Below are positions 24,683-37,500 of a stretch of DNA of 64,000 bases, one piece after another. The stretch covers positions 37,820,001 to 37,884,000 of the forward strand of contig OZ024758.1 of NCBI GenBank assembly GCA_964016885.1. The letters are read 5' to 3'. Below the pieces are notes generated by a model. The model did no database searches. It was given only the letters and a program-made list of their open reading frames with translations, and had not been told where the DNA came from. This DNA is from Eledone cirrhosa (Eukaryota). Every line of letters starts with the position of its first letter. Position 1 is the stretch's first letter. A program made the position numbers and the translations under genes.

Positions 24683-27600
24683 CTGTCAGAAGTAACTCCA
24701 CTGTTGGTGAGAATTCATTTAAGTTCATGGTATTAGCTGTCAGAAGTAACTCCACTGTTGGTGAGAATTCATTTAAGTTCATGGTATTAGCTGTCAGAAG
24801 TAACTCCACTGTTGGTGAGAATTCATTTAAGTTCATGGTATTAGCTGTCAGAAGTAACTCCACTGTTGGTGAGAATTCATTTAAGTTCATGGTATTAGCT
24901 GTCAGAAGTCACTCCAATGTTGGTGAGAATTCATTTAAGTCATGGTACTAGCTGTCAGAAGTAACTCCACTGTTGGTGAGAATTCATTTAAGTTCATTGT
25001 ATTAGCTGTCAGAAGGAACGCCACTGTTGGTGAGAATTCATTTAAGTTCATGGTATTAGCTGTCAGAAGTAACTCCACTGTTGGTGAGAATTCATTTAAG
25101 TTCATGGTACTAGCTGTCAGAAGTAACTCCAATGTTGGTGAGAATTCATTTAAGTTCATGGTATTAGCTGTCAGAAGGAACTCCACTGTTGCTGAGAATT
25201 CATTTAAGTTCATGGTATTAGCTGTCAGAAGTAACTCCACTGTTGGTGAGAATTCATTTAAGTTCATGGTACTAGCTGTCAGAAGTCACTCCACTGTTGG
25301 TGAGAATACATTTAAGTTCATGGTACTAGCTGTCAGAAGTAACCCCAATGTTGGTGAGAATTCATTTAAGTTCATGGTATTAGCTGTCAGAAGTCACTCC
25401 AATGTTGGTGAGAATTCATTTAAGTTCATGGTATTAGCTGTCAGAAGTAACTCCACTGTTGGTAAGAATTCATTTAAGTTCATGGTATTAGCTGTCAGAA
25501 GTAACTCCACTGTTGGTGAGAATTCATTTAAGTTCATGGTATTAGCTGTCAGAAGGAACGCCACTGTTGGTGAGAATTCATTTAAGTTCATGGTATTAGC
25601 TGTCAGAAGTAACTCCACTGTTGGTGAGAATTCATTTAAGTTCATGGTACTAGCTGTCAGAAGTAACTCCACTGTTGGTGAGAATTCATTTAAGTTCATG
25701 GTATTAGCTGTCAGAAGTCACGCCAATGTTGGTGAGAATTCATTTAAGTTCATGGTATTAGCTGTCAGAAGTCACTCCACTGTTGGTGAGAATTCATTTA
25801 AGTTCATGGTACTAGCTGTCAGAAGTAACCCCAATGTGGGTGGGAATTCATTTAAGTTCATGGTATTAGCTGTCAGAAGTCACTCCAATGTTGGTGAGAA
25901 TTCATTTAAGTTCATGGTATTAGCTGTCAGAAGTAACTCCACTGTTGGTGAGAATTCATTTAAGTTCATGGTATTAGCTGTCAGAAGTAACTCCACTGTT
26001 GGTGAGAATTCATTTAAGTTCATGGTATTAGCTGTCAGAAGTAACTCCACTGTTGGTGAGAATTCATTTAAGTCATGGTATTAGCTGTCAGAAGTAACTC
26101 CAATGTTGGTGAGAATTCATTTAAGTTCATGGTATTAGCTGTCAGAAGTCACTCCACTGTTGGTGAGAATTCATTTAAGTTCATGGTACTAGCTGTCAGA
26201 AGTAACCCCAATGTTGGTGAGAATTCATTTAAGTTCATGGTATTAGCTGTCAGAAGTCACTCCAATGTTGGTGAGAATTCATTTAAGTTCATGGTATTAG
26301 CTGTCAGAAGTAACTCCACTGTTGGTGAGAATTCATTTAAGTTCATGGTATTAGCTGTCAGAAGTAACTCCACTGTTGGTGAGAATTCATTTAAGTTCAT
26401 GGTATTAGCTGTCAGAAGTAACTCCACTGTTGGTGAGAATTCATTTAAGTTCATGGTATTAGCTGTCAGAAGGAACTCCAATGTTGGTGAGAATTCATTT
26501 AAGTCATGGTACTAGCTGTCAGAAGTAACTCCACTGTTGGTGAGAATTCATTTAAGTTCATGGTATTAGCTGTCAGAAGGAACGCCACTGTTGGTGAGAA
26601 TTCATTTAAATTCATGGTATTAGCTGTCAGAAGTAACTCCACTGTTGGTGAGAATTCATTTAAGTTCATGGTACTAGCTGTCAGAAGTAACTCCAATGTT
26701 GGTGAGAATTCATTTAAGTTCATGGTATTAGCTGTCAGAAGTCACTCCAATGTTGGTGAGAATTCATTTAAGTCATGGTACTAGCTGTCAGAAGTAACTC
26801 CACTGTTGGTGAGAATTCATTTAAGTTCATTGTATTAGCTGTCAGAAGGAACGCCACTGTTGGTGAGAATTCATTTAAGTTCATGGTATTAGCTGTCAGA
26901 AGTAACTCCACTGTTGGTGAGAATTCATTTAAGTTCATGGTACTAGCTGTCAGAAGTCACTCCACTGTTGGTGAGAATACATTTAAGTTCATGGTACTAG
27001 CTGTCAGAAGTAACCCCAATGTTGGTGAGAATTCATTTAAGTTCATGGTATTAGCTGTCAGAAGTCACTCCAATGTTGGTGAGAATTCATTTAAGTTCAT
27101 GGTATTAGCTGTCAGAAGTAACTCCACTGTTGGTAAGAATTCATTTAAGTTCATGGTATTAGCTGTCAGAAGTAACTCCACTGTTGGTGAGAATTCATTT
27201 AAGTTCATGGTATTAGCTGTCAGAAGGAACGCCACTGTTGGTGAGAATTCATTTAAGTTCATGGTATTAGCTGTCAGAAGTAACTCCACTGTTGGTGAGA
27301 ATTCATTTAAGTTCATGGTATTAGCTGTCAGAAGTAACTCCACTGTTGGTGAGAATTCATTTAAGTTCATGGTATTAGCTGTCAGAAGTAACTCCACTGT
27401 TGGTGAGAATTCATTTAAGTTCATGGTATTAGCTGTCAGAAGTAACTCCACTGTTGGTGAGAATTCATTTAAGTTCATGGTATTAGCTGTCAGAAGTAAC
27501 TCCACTGTTGGTGAGAATTCATTTAAGTTCATGGTATTAGCTGTCAGAAGGAACTCCAATGTTGGTGAGAATTCATTTAAGTTCATGGTATTAGCTGTCA

Positions 27601-30600
27601 GAAGTAACTCCACTGTTGGTGAGAATTCATTTAAGTTCATGGTATTAGCTGTCAGAAGGAACTCCAATGTTGGTGAGAATTCATTTAAGTCATGGTACTA
27701 GCTGTCAGAAGTAACTCCACTGTTGGTGAGAATTCATTTAAGTTCATGGTATTAGCTGTCAGAAGGAACGCCACTGTTGGTGAGAATTCATTTAAATTCA
27801 TGGTATTAGCTGTCAGAAGTAACTCCACTGTTGGTGAGAATTCATTTAAGTTCATGGTACTAGCTGTCAGAAGTAACTCCAATGTTGGTGAGAATTCATT
27901 TAAGTTCATGGTATTAGCTGTCAGAAGTAACTCCACTGTTGGTGAGAATTCATTTAAGTTCATGGTATTAGCTGTCAGAAGTCACTCCAATGTTGGTGAG
28001 AATTCATTTAAGTCATGGTACTAGCTGTCAGAAGTAACTCCACTGTTGGTGAGAATTCATTTAAGTTCATTGTATTAGCTGTCAGAAGGAACGCCACTGT
28101 TGGTGAGAATTCATTTAAGTTCATGGTATTAGCTGTCAGAAGTAACTCCACTGTTGGTGAGAATTCATTTAAGTTCATGGTATTAGCTGTCAGAAGTAAC
28201 TCCACTGTTGGTGAGAATTCATTTAAGTTCATGGTATTAGCTGTCAGAAGTAACTCCACTGTTGGTGAGAATTCATTTAAGTTCATGGTATTAGCTGTCA
28301 GAAGTAACTCCACTGTTGGTGAGAATTCATTTAAGTTCATGGTATTAGCTGTCAGAAGTCACTCCAATGTTGGTGAGAATTCATTTAAGTCATGGTACTA
28401 GCTGTCAGAAGTAACTCCACTGTTGGTGAGAATTCATTTAAGTTCATTGTATTAGCTGTCAGAAGGAACGCCACTGTTGGTGAGAATTCATTTAAGTTCA
28501 TGGTATTAGCTGTCAGAAGTAACTCCACTGTTGGTGAGAATTCATTTAAGTTCATGGTACTAGCTGTCAGAAGTAACTCCAATGTTGGTGAGAATTCATT
28601 TAAGTTCATGGTATTAGCTGTCAGAAGGAACTCCACTGTTGCTGAGAATTCATTTAAGTTCATGGTATTAGCTGTCAGAAGTAACTCCACTGTTGGTGAG
28701 AATTCATTTAAGTTCATGGTACTAGCTGTCAGAAGTCACTCCACTGTTGGTGAGAATACATTTAAGTTCATGGTACTAGCTGTCAGAAGTAACCCCAATG
28801 TTGGTGAGAATTCATTTAAGTTCATGGTATTAGCTGTCAGAAGTCACTCCAATGTTGGTGAGAATTCATTTAAGTTCATGGTATTAGCTGTCAGAAGTAA
28901 CTCCACTGTTGGTAAGAATTCATTTAAGTTCATGGTATTAGCTGTCAGAAGTAACTCCACTGTTGGTGAGAATTCATTTAAGTTCATGGTATTAGCTGTC
29001 AGAAGGAACGCCACTGTTGGTGAGAATTCATTTAAGTTCATGGTATTAGCTGTCAGAAGTAACTCCACTGTTGGTGAGAATTCATTTAAGTTCATGGTAC
29101 TAGCTGTCAGAAGTAACTCCACTGTTGGTGAGAATTCATTTAAGTTCATGGTATTAGCTGTCAGAAGTCACGCCAATGTTGGTGAGAATTCATTTAAGTT
29201 CATGGTATTAGCTGTCAGAAGTCACTCCACTGTTGGTGAGAATTCATTTAAGTTCATGGTACTAGCTGTCAGAAGTAACCCCAATGTTGGTGGGAATTCA
29301 TTTAAGTTCATGGTATTAGCTGTCAGAAGTCACTCCAATGTTGGTGAGAATTCATTTAAGTTCATGGTATTAGCTGTCAGAAGTAACTCCACTGTTGGTG
29401 AGAATTCATTTAAGTTCATGGTATTAGCTGTCAGAAGTAACTCCACTGTTGGTGAGAATTCATTTAAGTTCATGGTATTAGCTGTCAGAAGTAACTCCAC
29501 TGTTGGTGAGAATTCATTTAAGTCATGGTATTAGCTGTCAGAAGTAACTCCAATGTTGGTGAGAATTCATTTAAGTTCATGGTATTAGCTGTCAGAAGTC
29601 ACTCCACTGTTGGTGAGAATTCATTTAAGTTCATGGTACTAGCTGTCAGAAGTAACCCCAATGTTGGTGAGAATTCATTTAAGTTCATGGTATTAGCTGT
29701 CAGAAGTCACTCCAATGTTGGTGAGAATTCATTTAAGTTCATGGTATTAGCTGTCAGAAGTAACTCCACTGTTGGTGAGAATTCATTTAAGTTCATGGTA
29801 TTAGCTGTCAGAAGTAACTCCACTGTTGGTGAGAATTCATTTAAGTTCATGGTATTAGCTGTCAGAAGTAACTCCACTGTTGGTGAGAATTCATTTAAGT
29901 TCATGGTATTAGCTGTCAGAAGGAACTCCAATGTTGGTGAGAATTCATTTAAGTCATGGTACTAGCTGTCAGAAGTAACTCCACTGTTGGTGAGAATTCA
30001 TTTAAGTTCATGGTATTAGCTGTCAGAAGGAACGCCACTGTTGGTGAGAATTCATTTAAATTCATGGTATTAGCTGTCAGAAGTAACTCCACTGTTGGTG
30101 AGAATTCATTTAAGTTCATGGTACTAGCTGTCAGAAGTAACTCCAATGTTGGTGAGAATTCATTTAAGTTCATGGTATTAGCTGTCAGAAGTCACTCCAA
30201 TGTTGGTGAGAATTCATTTAAGTCATGGTACTAGCTGTCAGAAGTAACTCCACTGTTGGTGAGAATTCATTTAAGTTCATTGTATTAGCTGTCAGAAGGA
30301 ACGCCACTGTTGGTGAGAATTCATTTAAGTTCATGGTATTAGCTGTCAGAAGTAACTCCACTGTTGGTGAGAATTCATTTAAGTTCATGGTACTAGCTGT
30401 CAGAAGTCACTCCACTGTTGGTGAGAATACATTTAAGTTCATGGTACTAGCTGTCAGAAGTAACCCCAATGTTGGTGAGAATTCATTTAAGTTCATGGTA
30501 TTAGCTGTCAGAAGTCACTCCAATGTTGGTGAGAATTCATTTAAGTTCATGGTATTAGCTGTCAGAAGTAACTCCACTGTTGGTAAGAATTCATTTAAGT

Positions 30601-31582
30601 TCATGGTATTAGCTGTCAGAAGTAACTCCACTGTTGGTGAGAATTCATTTAAGTTCATGGTATTAGCTGTCAGAAGGAACGCCACTGTTGGTGAGAATTC
30701 ATTTAAGTTCATGGTATTAGCTGTCAGAAGTAACTCCACTGTTGGTGAGAATTCATTTAAGTTCATGGTATTAGCTGTCAGAAGTAACTCCACTGTTGGT
30801 GAGAATTCATTTAAGTTCATGGTATTAGCTGTCAGAAGTAACTCCACTGTTGGTGAGAATTCATTTAAGTTCATGGTATTAGCTGTCAGAAGTAACTCCA
30901 CTGTTGGTGAGAATTCATTTAAGTTCATGGTATTAGCTGTCAGAAGTAACTCCACTGTTGGTGAGAATTCATTTAAGTTCATGGTATTAGCTGTCAGAAG
31001 GAACTCCAATGTTGGTGAGAATTCATTTAAGTTCATGGTATTAGCTGTCAGAAGTAACTCCACTGTTGGTGAGAATTCATTTAAGTTCATGGTATTAGCT
31101 GTCAGAAGGAACTCCAATGTTGGTGAGAATTCATTTAAGTCATGGTACTAGCTGTCAGAAGTAACTCCACTGTTGGTGAGAATTCATTTAAGTTCATGGT
31201 ATTAGCTGTCAGAAGGAACGCCACTGTTGGTGAGAATTCATTTAAATTCATGGTATTAGCTGTCAGAAGTAACTCCACTGTTGGTGAGAATTCATTTAAG
31301 TTCATGGTACTAGCTGTCAGAAGTAACTCCAATGTTGGTGAGAATTCATTTAAGTTCATGGTATTAGCTGTCAGAAGTAACTCCACTGTTGGTGAGAATT
31401 CATTTAAGTTCATGGTATTAGCTGTCAGAAGTCACTCCAATGTTGGTGAGAATTCATTTAAGTCATGGTACTAGCTGTCAGAAGTAACTCCACTGTTGGT
31501 GAGAATTCATTTAAGTTCATTGTATTAGCTGTCAGAAGGAACGCCACTGTTGGTGAGAATTCATTTAAGTTCATGGTATTAG
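24683..31582. repeat. Near-identical tandem duplication of 64 monomers (3450 bp x 2)
   Basis: Pairs 24942/28392, 26075/29525, 26506/29956, 26775/30225, 27692/31142 and 28015/31465 are all offset by 3450 = 64x54-6. Private markers CACGCCAAT (25721/29171) and GGTGGGAAT (25843/29293). Confidence 0.93.
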
Positions 31583-34500
31583 CTGTCAGAAGTAACTCCA
31601 CTGTTGGTGAGAATTCATTTAAGTTCATGGTACTAGCTGTCAGAAGTAACTCCAATGTTGGTGAGAATTCATTTAAGTTCATGGTATTAGCTGTCAGAAG
31701 GAACTCCACTGTTGCTGAGAATTCATTTAAGTTCATGGTATTAGCTGTCAGAAGTAACTCCACTGTTGGTGAGAATTCATTTAAGTCCATGGTACTAGCT
31801 GTCAGAAGTCACTCCACTGTTGGTGAGAATACATTTAAGTTCATGGTACTAGCTGTCAGAAGTAACCCCAATGTTGGTGAGAATTCATTTAAGTTCATGG
31901 TATTAGCTGTCAGAAGTCACTCCAATGTTGGTGAGAATTCATTTAAGTTCATGGTATGAGCTGTCAGAAGGAACGCCACTGTTGGTGAGAATTCATTTAA
32001 GTTCATGGTATTAGCTGTCAGAAGTAACTCCACTGTTGGTGAGAATTCATTTAAGTTCATGGTACTAGCTGTCAGAAGTAACTCCACTGTTGGTGAGAAT
32101 TCATTTAAGTTCATGGTATTAGCTGTCAGAAGTCACTCCAATGTTGGTGAGAATTCATTTAAGTTCATGGTATTAGCTGTCAGAAGTCACTCCACTGTTG
32201 GTGAGAATTCATTTAAGTTCATGGTACTAGCTGTCAGAAGTAACCCCAATGTTGGTGAGAATTCATTTAAGTGCATGGTATTAGCTGTCAGAAGTCACTC
32301 CAATGTTGGTGAGAATTCATTTAAGTTCATGGTATTAGCTGTCAGAAGTAACTCCACTGTTGGTGAGAATTCATTTAAGTTCATGGTACTAGCTGTCAGA
32401 AGTAACTCCAATGTTGGTGAGAATTCATTTAAGTTCATGGTATTAGCTGTCAGAAGGAACTCCACTGTTGCTGAGAATTCATTTAAGTTCATGGTATTAG
32501 CTGTCAGAAGTAACTCCACTGTTGGTGAGAATTCATTTAAGTTCATGGTACTAGCTGTCAGAAGTCACTCCACTGTTGGTGAGAATACATTTAAGTTCAT
32601 GGTACTAGCTGTCAGAAGTAACCCCAATGTTGGTGAGAATTCATTTAAGTTCATGGTATTAGCTGTCAGAAGTCACTCCAATGTTGGTGAGAATTCATTT
32701 AAGTTCATGGTATTAGCTGTCAGAAGTAACTCCACTGTTGGTAAGAATTCATTTAAGTTCATGGTATTAGCTGTCAGAAGTAACTCCACTGTTGGTGAGA
32801 ATTCATTTAAGTTCATGGTATTAGCTGTCAGAAGGAACGCCACTGTTGGTGAGAATTCATTTAAGTTCATGGTATTAGCTGTCAGAAGTAACTCCACTGT
32901 TGGTGAGAATTCATTTAAGTTCATGGTACTAGCTGTCAGAAGTAACTCCACTGTTGGTGAGAATTCATTTAAGTTCATGGTATTAGCTGTCAGAAGTCAC
33001 TCCAATGTTGGTGAGAATTCATTTAAGTTCATGGTATTAGCTGTCAGAAGTCACTCCACTGTTGGTGAGAATTCATTTAAGTCATGGTACTAGCTGTCAG
33101 AAGTAACTCCAATGTTGGTGAGAATTCATTTAAGTTCATGGTATTAGCTGTCAGAAGTCACTCCAATGTTGGTGAGAATTCATTTAAGTCATGGTACTAG
33201 CTGTCAGAAGTAACTCCACTGTTGGTGAGAATTCATTTAAGTTCATTGTATTAGCTGTCAGAAGGAACGCCACTGTTGGTGAGAATTCATTTAAGTTCAT
33301 GGTATTAGCTGTCAGAAGTAACTCCACTGTTGGTGAGAATTCATTTAAGTTCATGGTACTAGCTGTCAGAAGTAACTCCAATGTTGGTGAGAATTCATTT
33401 AAGTTCATGGTATTAGCTGTCAGAAGGAACTCCACTGTTGCTGAGAATTCATTTAAGTTCATGGTATTAGCTGTCAGAAGTAACTCCACTGTTGGTGAGA
33501 ATTCATTTAAGTTCATGGTACTAGCTGTCAGAAGTCACTCCACTGTTGGTGAGAATACATTTAAGTTCATGGTACTAGCTGTCAGAAGTAACCCCAATGT
33601 TGGTGAGAATTCATTTAAGTTAATGGTATTAGCTGTCAGAAGTCACTCCAATGTTGGTGAGAATTCATTTAAGTTCATGGTATTAGCTGTCAGAAGTAAC
33701 TCCACTGTTGCTAAGAATTCATTTAAGTTCATGGTATTAGCTGTCAGAAGTAACTCCACTGTTGGTGAGAATTCATTTAAGTTCATGGTATTAGCTGTCA
33801 GAAGGAACGCCACTGTTGGTGAGAATTCATTTAAGTTCATGGTATTAGCTGTCAGAAGTAACTCCACTGTTGGTGAGAATTCATTTAAGTTCATGGTATT
33901 AGCTGTCAGAAGTAACTCCACTGTTGGTGAGAATTCATTTAAGTTCATGGTATTAGCTGTCAGAAGTAACTCCACTGTTGGTGAGAATTCATTTAAGTTC
34001 ATGGTATTAGCTGTCAGAAGTAACTCCACTGTTGGTGAGAATTCATTTAAGTTCATGGTATTAGCTGTCAGAAGTAACTCCACTGTTGGTGAGAATTCAT
34101 TTAAGTTCATGGTATTAGCTGTCAGAAGGAACTCCAATGTTGGTGAGAATTCATTTAAGTTCATGGTATTAGCTGTCAGAAGTAACTCCACTGTTGGTGA
34201 GAATTCATTTAAGTTCATGGTATTAGCTGTCAGAAGGAACTCCAATGTTGGTGAGAATTCATTTAAGTCATGGTACTAGCTGTCAGAAGTAACTCCACTG
34301 TTGGTGAGAATTCATTTAAGTTCATGGTATTAGCTGTCAGAAGGAACGCCACTGTTGGTGAGAATTCATTTAAATTCATGGTATTAGCTGTCAGAAGTAA
34401 CTCCACTGTTGGTGAGAATTCATTTAAGTTCATGGTACTAGCTGTCAGAAGTAACTCCAATGTTGGTGAGAATTCATTTAAGTTCATGGTATTAGCTGTC

Positions 34501-37500
34501 AGAAGTAACTCCACTGTTGGTGAGAATTCATTTAAGTTCATGGTATTAGCTGTCAGAAGTCACTCCAATGTTGGTGAGAATTCATTTAAGTCATGGTACT
34601 AGCTGTCAGAAGTAACTCCACTGTTGGTGAGAATTCATTTAAGTTCATTGTATTAGCTGTCAGAAGGAACGCCACTGTTGGTGAGAATTCATTTAAGTTC
34701 ATGGTATTAGCTGTCAGAAGTAACTCCACTGTTGGTGAGAATTCATTTAAGTTCATGGTACTAGCTGTCAGAAGTAACTCCAATGTTGGTGAGAATTCAT
34801 TTAAGTTCATGGTATTAGCTGTCAGAAGGAACTCCACTGTTGCTGAGAATTCATTTAAGTTCATGGTATTAGCTGTCAGAAGTAACTCCACTGTTGGTGA
34901 GAATTCATTTAAGTTCATGGTACTAGCTGTCAGAAGTCACTCCACTGTTGGTGAGAATACATTTAAGTTCATGGTACTAGCTGTCAGAAGTAACCCCAAT
35001 GTTGGTGAGAATTCATTTAAGTTCATGGTATTAGCTGTCAGAAGTCACTCCAATGTTGGTGAGAATTAATTTAAGTTCATGGTATTAGCTGTCAGAAGTA
35101 ACTCCACTGTTGGTAAGAATTCATTTAAGTTCATGGTATTAGCTGTCAGAAGTAACTCCACTGTTGGTGAGAATTCATTTAAGTTCATGGTATTAGCTGT
35201 CAGAAGGAACGCCACTGTTGGTGAGAATTCATTTAAGTTCATGGTATTAGCTGTCAGAAGTAACTCCACTGTTGGTGAGAATTCATTTAAGTTCATGGTA
35301 CTAGCTGTCAGAAGTAACTCCACTGTTGGTGAGAATTCATTTAAGTTCATGGTATTAGCTGTCAGAAGTCACTCCAATGTTGGTGAGAATTCATTTAAGT
35401 TCATGGTATTAGCTGTCAGAAGTCACTCCACTGTTGGTGAGAATTCATTTAAGTTCATGGTACTAGCTGTCAGAAGTAACCCCAATGTTGGTGAGAATTC
35501 ATTTAAGTTCATGGTATTAGCTGTCAGAAGTCACTCCAATGTTGGTGAGAATTCATTTAAGTTCATGGTATTAGCTGTCAGAAGTAACTCCACTGTTGGT
35601 GAGAATTCATTTAAGTTCATGGTATTAGCTGTCAGAAGTAACTCCACTGTTGGTGAGAATTCATTTAAGTTCATGGTATTAGCTGTCAGAAGTAACTCCA
35701 CTGTTGGTGAGAATTCATTTAAGTCATGGTATTAGCTGTCAGAAGTAACTCCAATGTTGGTGAGAATTCATTTAAGTTCATGGTATTAGCTGTCAGAAGT
35801 CACTCCACTGTTGGTGAGAATTCATTTAAGTTCATGGTACTAGCTGTCAGAAGTAACCCCAATGTTGGTGAGAATTCATTTAAGTGCATGGTATTAGCTG
35901 TCAGAAGTCACTCCAATGTTGGTGAGAATTCATTTAAGTTCATGGTATTAGCTGTCAGAAGTAACTCCACTGTTGGTGAGAATTCATTTAAGTTCATGGT
36001 ATTAGCTGTCAGAAGTAACTCCACTGTTGGTGAGAATTCATTTAAGTTCATTGTATTAGCTGTCAGAAGGAACGCCACTGTTGGTGAGAATTCATTTAAG
36101 TTCATGGTATTAGCTGTCAGAAGTAACTCCACTGTTGGTGAGAATTCATTTAAGTTCATGGTACTAGCTGTCAGAAGTAACTCCAATGTTGGTGAGAATT
36201 CATTTAAGTTCATGGTATTAGCTGTCAGAAGGAACTCCACTGTTGCTGAGAATTCATTTAAGTTCATGGTATTAGCTGTCAGAAGTAACTCCACTGTTGG
36301 TGAGAATTCATTTAAGTTCATGGTACTAGCTGTCAGAAGTCACTCCACTGTTGGTGAGAATACATTTAAGTTCATGGTACTAGCTGTCAGAAGTAACCCC
36401 AATGTTGGTGAGAATTCATTTAAGTTCATGGTATTAGCTGTCAGAAGTCACTCCAATGTTGGTGAGAATTCATTTAAGTTCATGGTATTAGCTGTCAGAA
36501 GTAACTCCACTGTTGGTAAGAATTCATTTAAGTTCATGGTATTAGCTGTCAGAAGTAACTCCACTGTTGGTGAGAATTCATTTAAGTTCATGGTATTAGC
36601 TGTCAGAAGGAACGCCACTGTTGGTGAGAATTCATTTAAGTTCATGGTATTAGCTGTCAGAAGTAACTCCACTGTTGGTGAGAATTCATTTAAGTTCATG
36701 GTACTAGCTGTCAGAAGTAACTCCACTGTTGGTGAGAATTCATTTAAGTTCATGGTATTAGCTGTCAGAAGTCACTCCAATGTTGGTGAGAATTCATTTA
36801 AGTTCATGGTATTAGCTGTCAGAAGTCACTCCACTGTTGGTGAGAATTCATTTAAGTTCATGGTACTAGCTGTCAGAAGTAACCCCAATGTTGGTGAGAA
36901 TTCATTTAAGTTCATGGTATTAGCTGTCAGAAGTCACTCCAATGTTGGTGAGAATTCATTTAAGTTCATGGTATTAGCTGTCAGAAGTCACTCCACTGTT
37001 GGTGAGAATTCATTTAAGTTCATGGTACTAGCTGTCAGAAGTAACCCCAATGTTGGTGAGAATTCATTTAAGTTCATGGTATTAGCTGTCAGAAGTCACT
37101 CCAATGTTGGTGAGAATTCATTTAAGTTCATGGTATTAGCTGTCAGAAGTAACTCCACTGTTGGTGAGAATTCATTTAAGTTCATGGTATTAGCTGTCAG
37201 AGGTAACTCCACTGTTGGTGAGAATTCATTTAAGTCATGGTATTAGCTGTCAGAAGTAACTCCAATGTTGGTGAGAATTCATTTAAGTTCATGGTATTAG
37301 CTGTCAGAAGTCACTCCACTGTTGGTGAGAATTCATTTAAGTTCATGGTACTAGCTGTCAGAAGTAACCCCAATGTTGGTGAGAATTCATTTACGTTCAT
37401 GGTATTAGCTGTCAGAAGTCACTCCAATGTTGGTGAGAATTCATTTAAGTTCATGGTATTAGCTGTCAGAAGTAACTGCACTGTTGGTGAGAATTCATTT

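Larger units (their letters stand above)
8280..35725. repeat. 21-monomer (1133 bp) module; full-length copies at 8280, 24942, 28392 and 34593, derivatives throughout
   Basis: Order cNST, ATT-RNA, NST, cNSN, RNST-GCT, NST, cHST-ACA, cNPN, HSN, NST-AAG, NST, RNA, NST, cNST, HSN, HST, cNPN, HSN, NST, NST, NST(53 bp). Seen as 380-aa ORFs; the 34593 copy is split by a point TAA. Confidence 0.88.
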
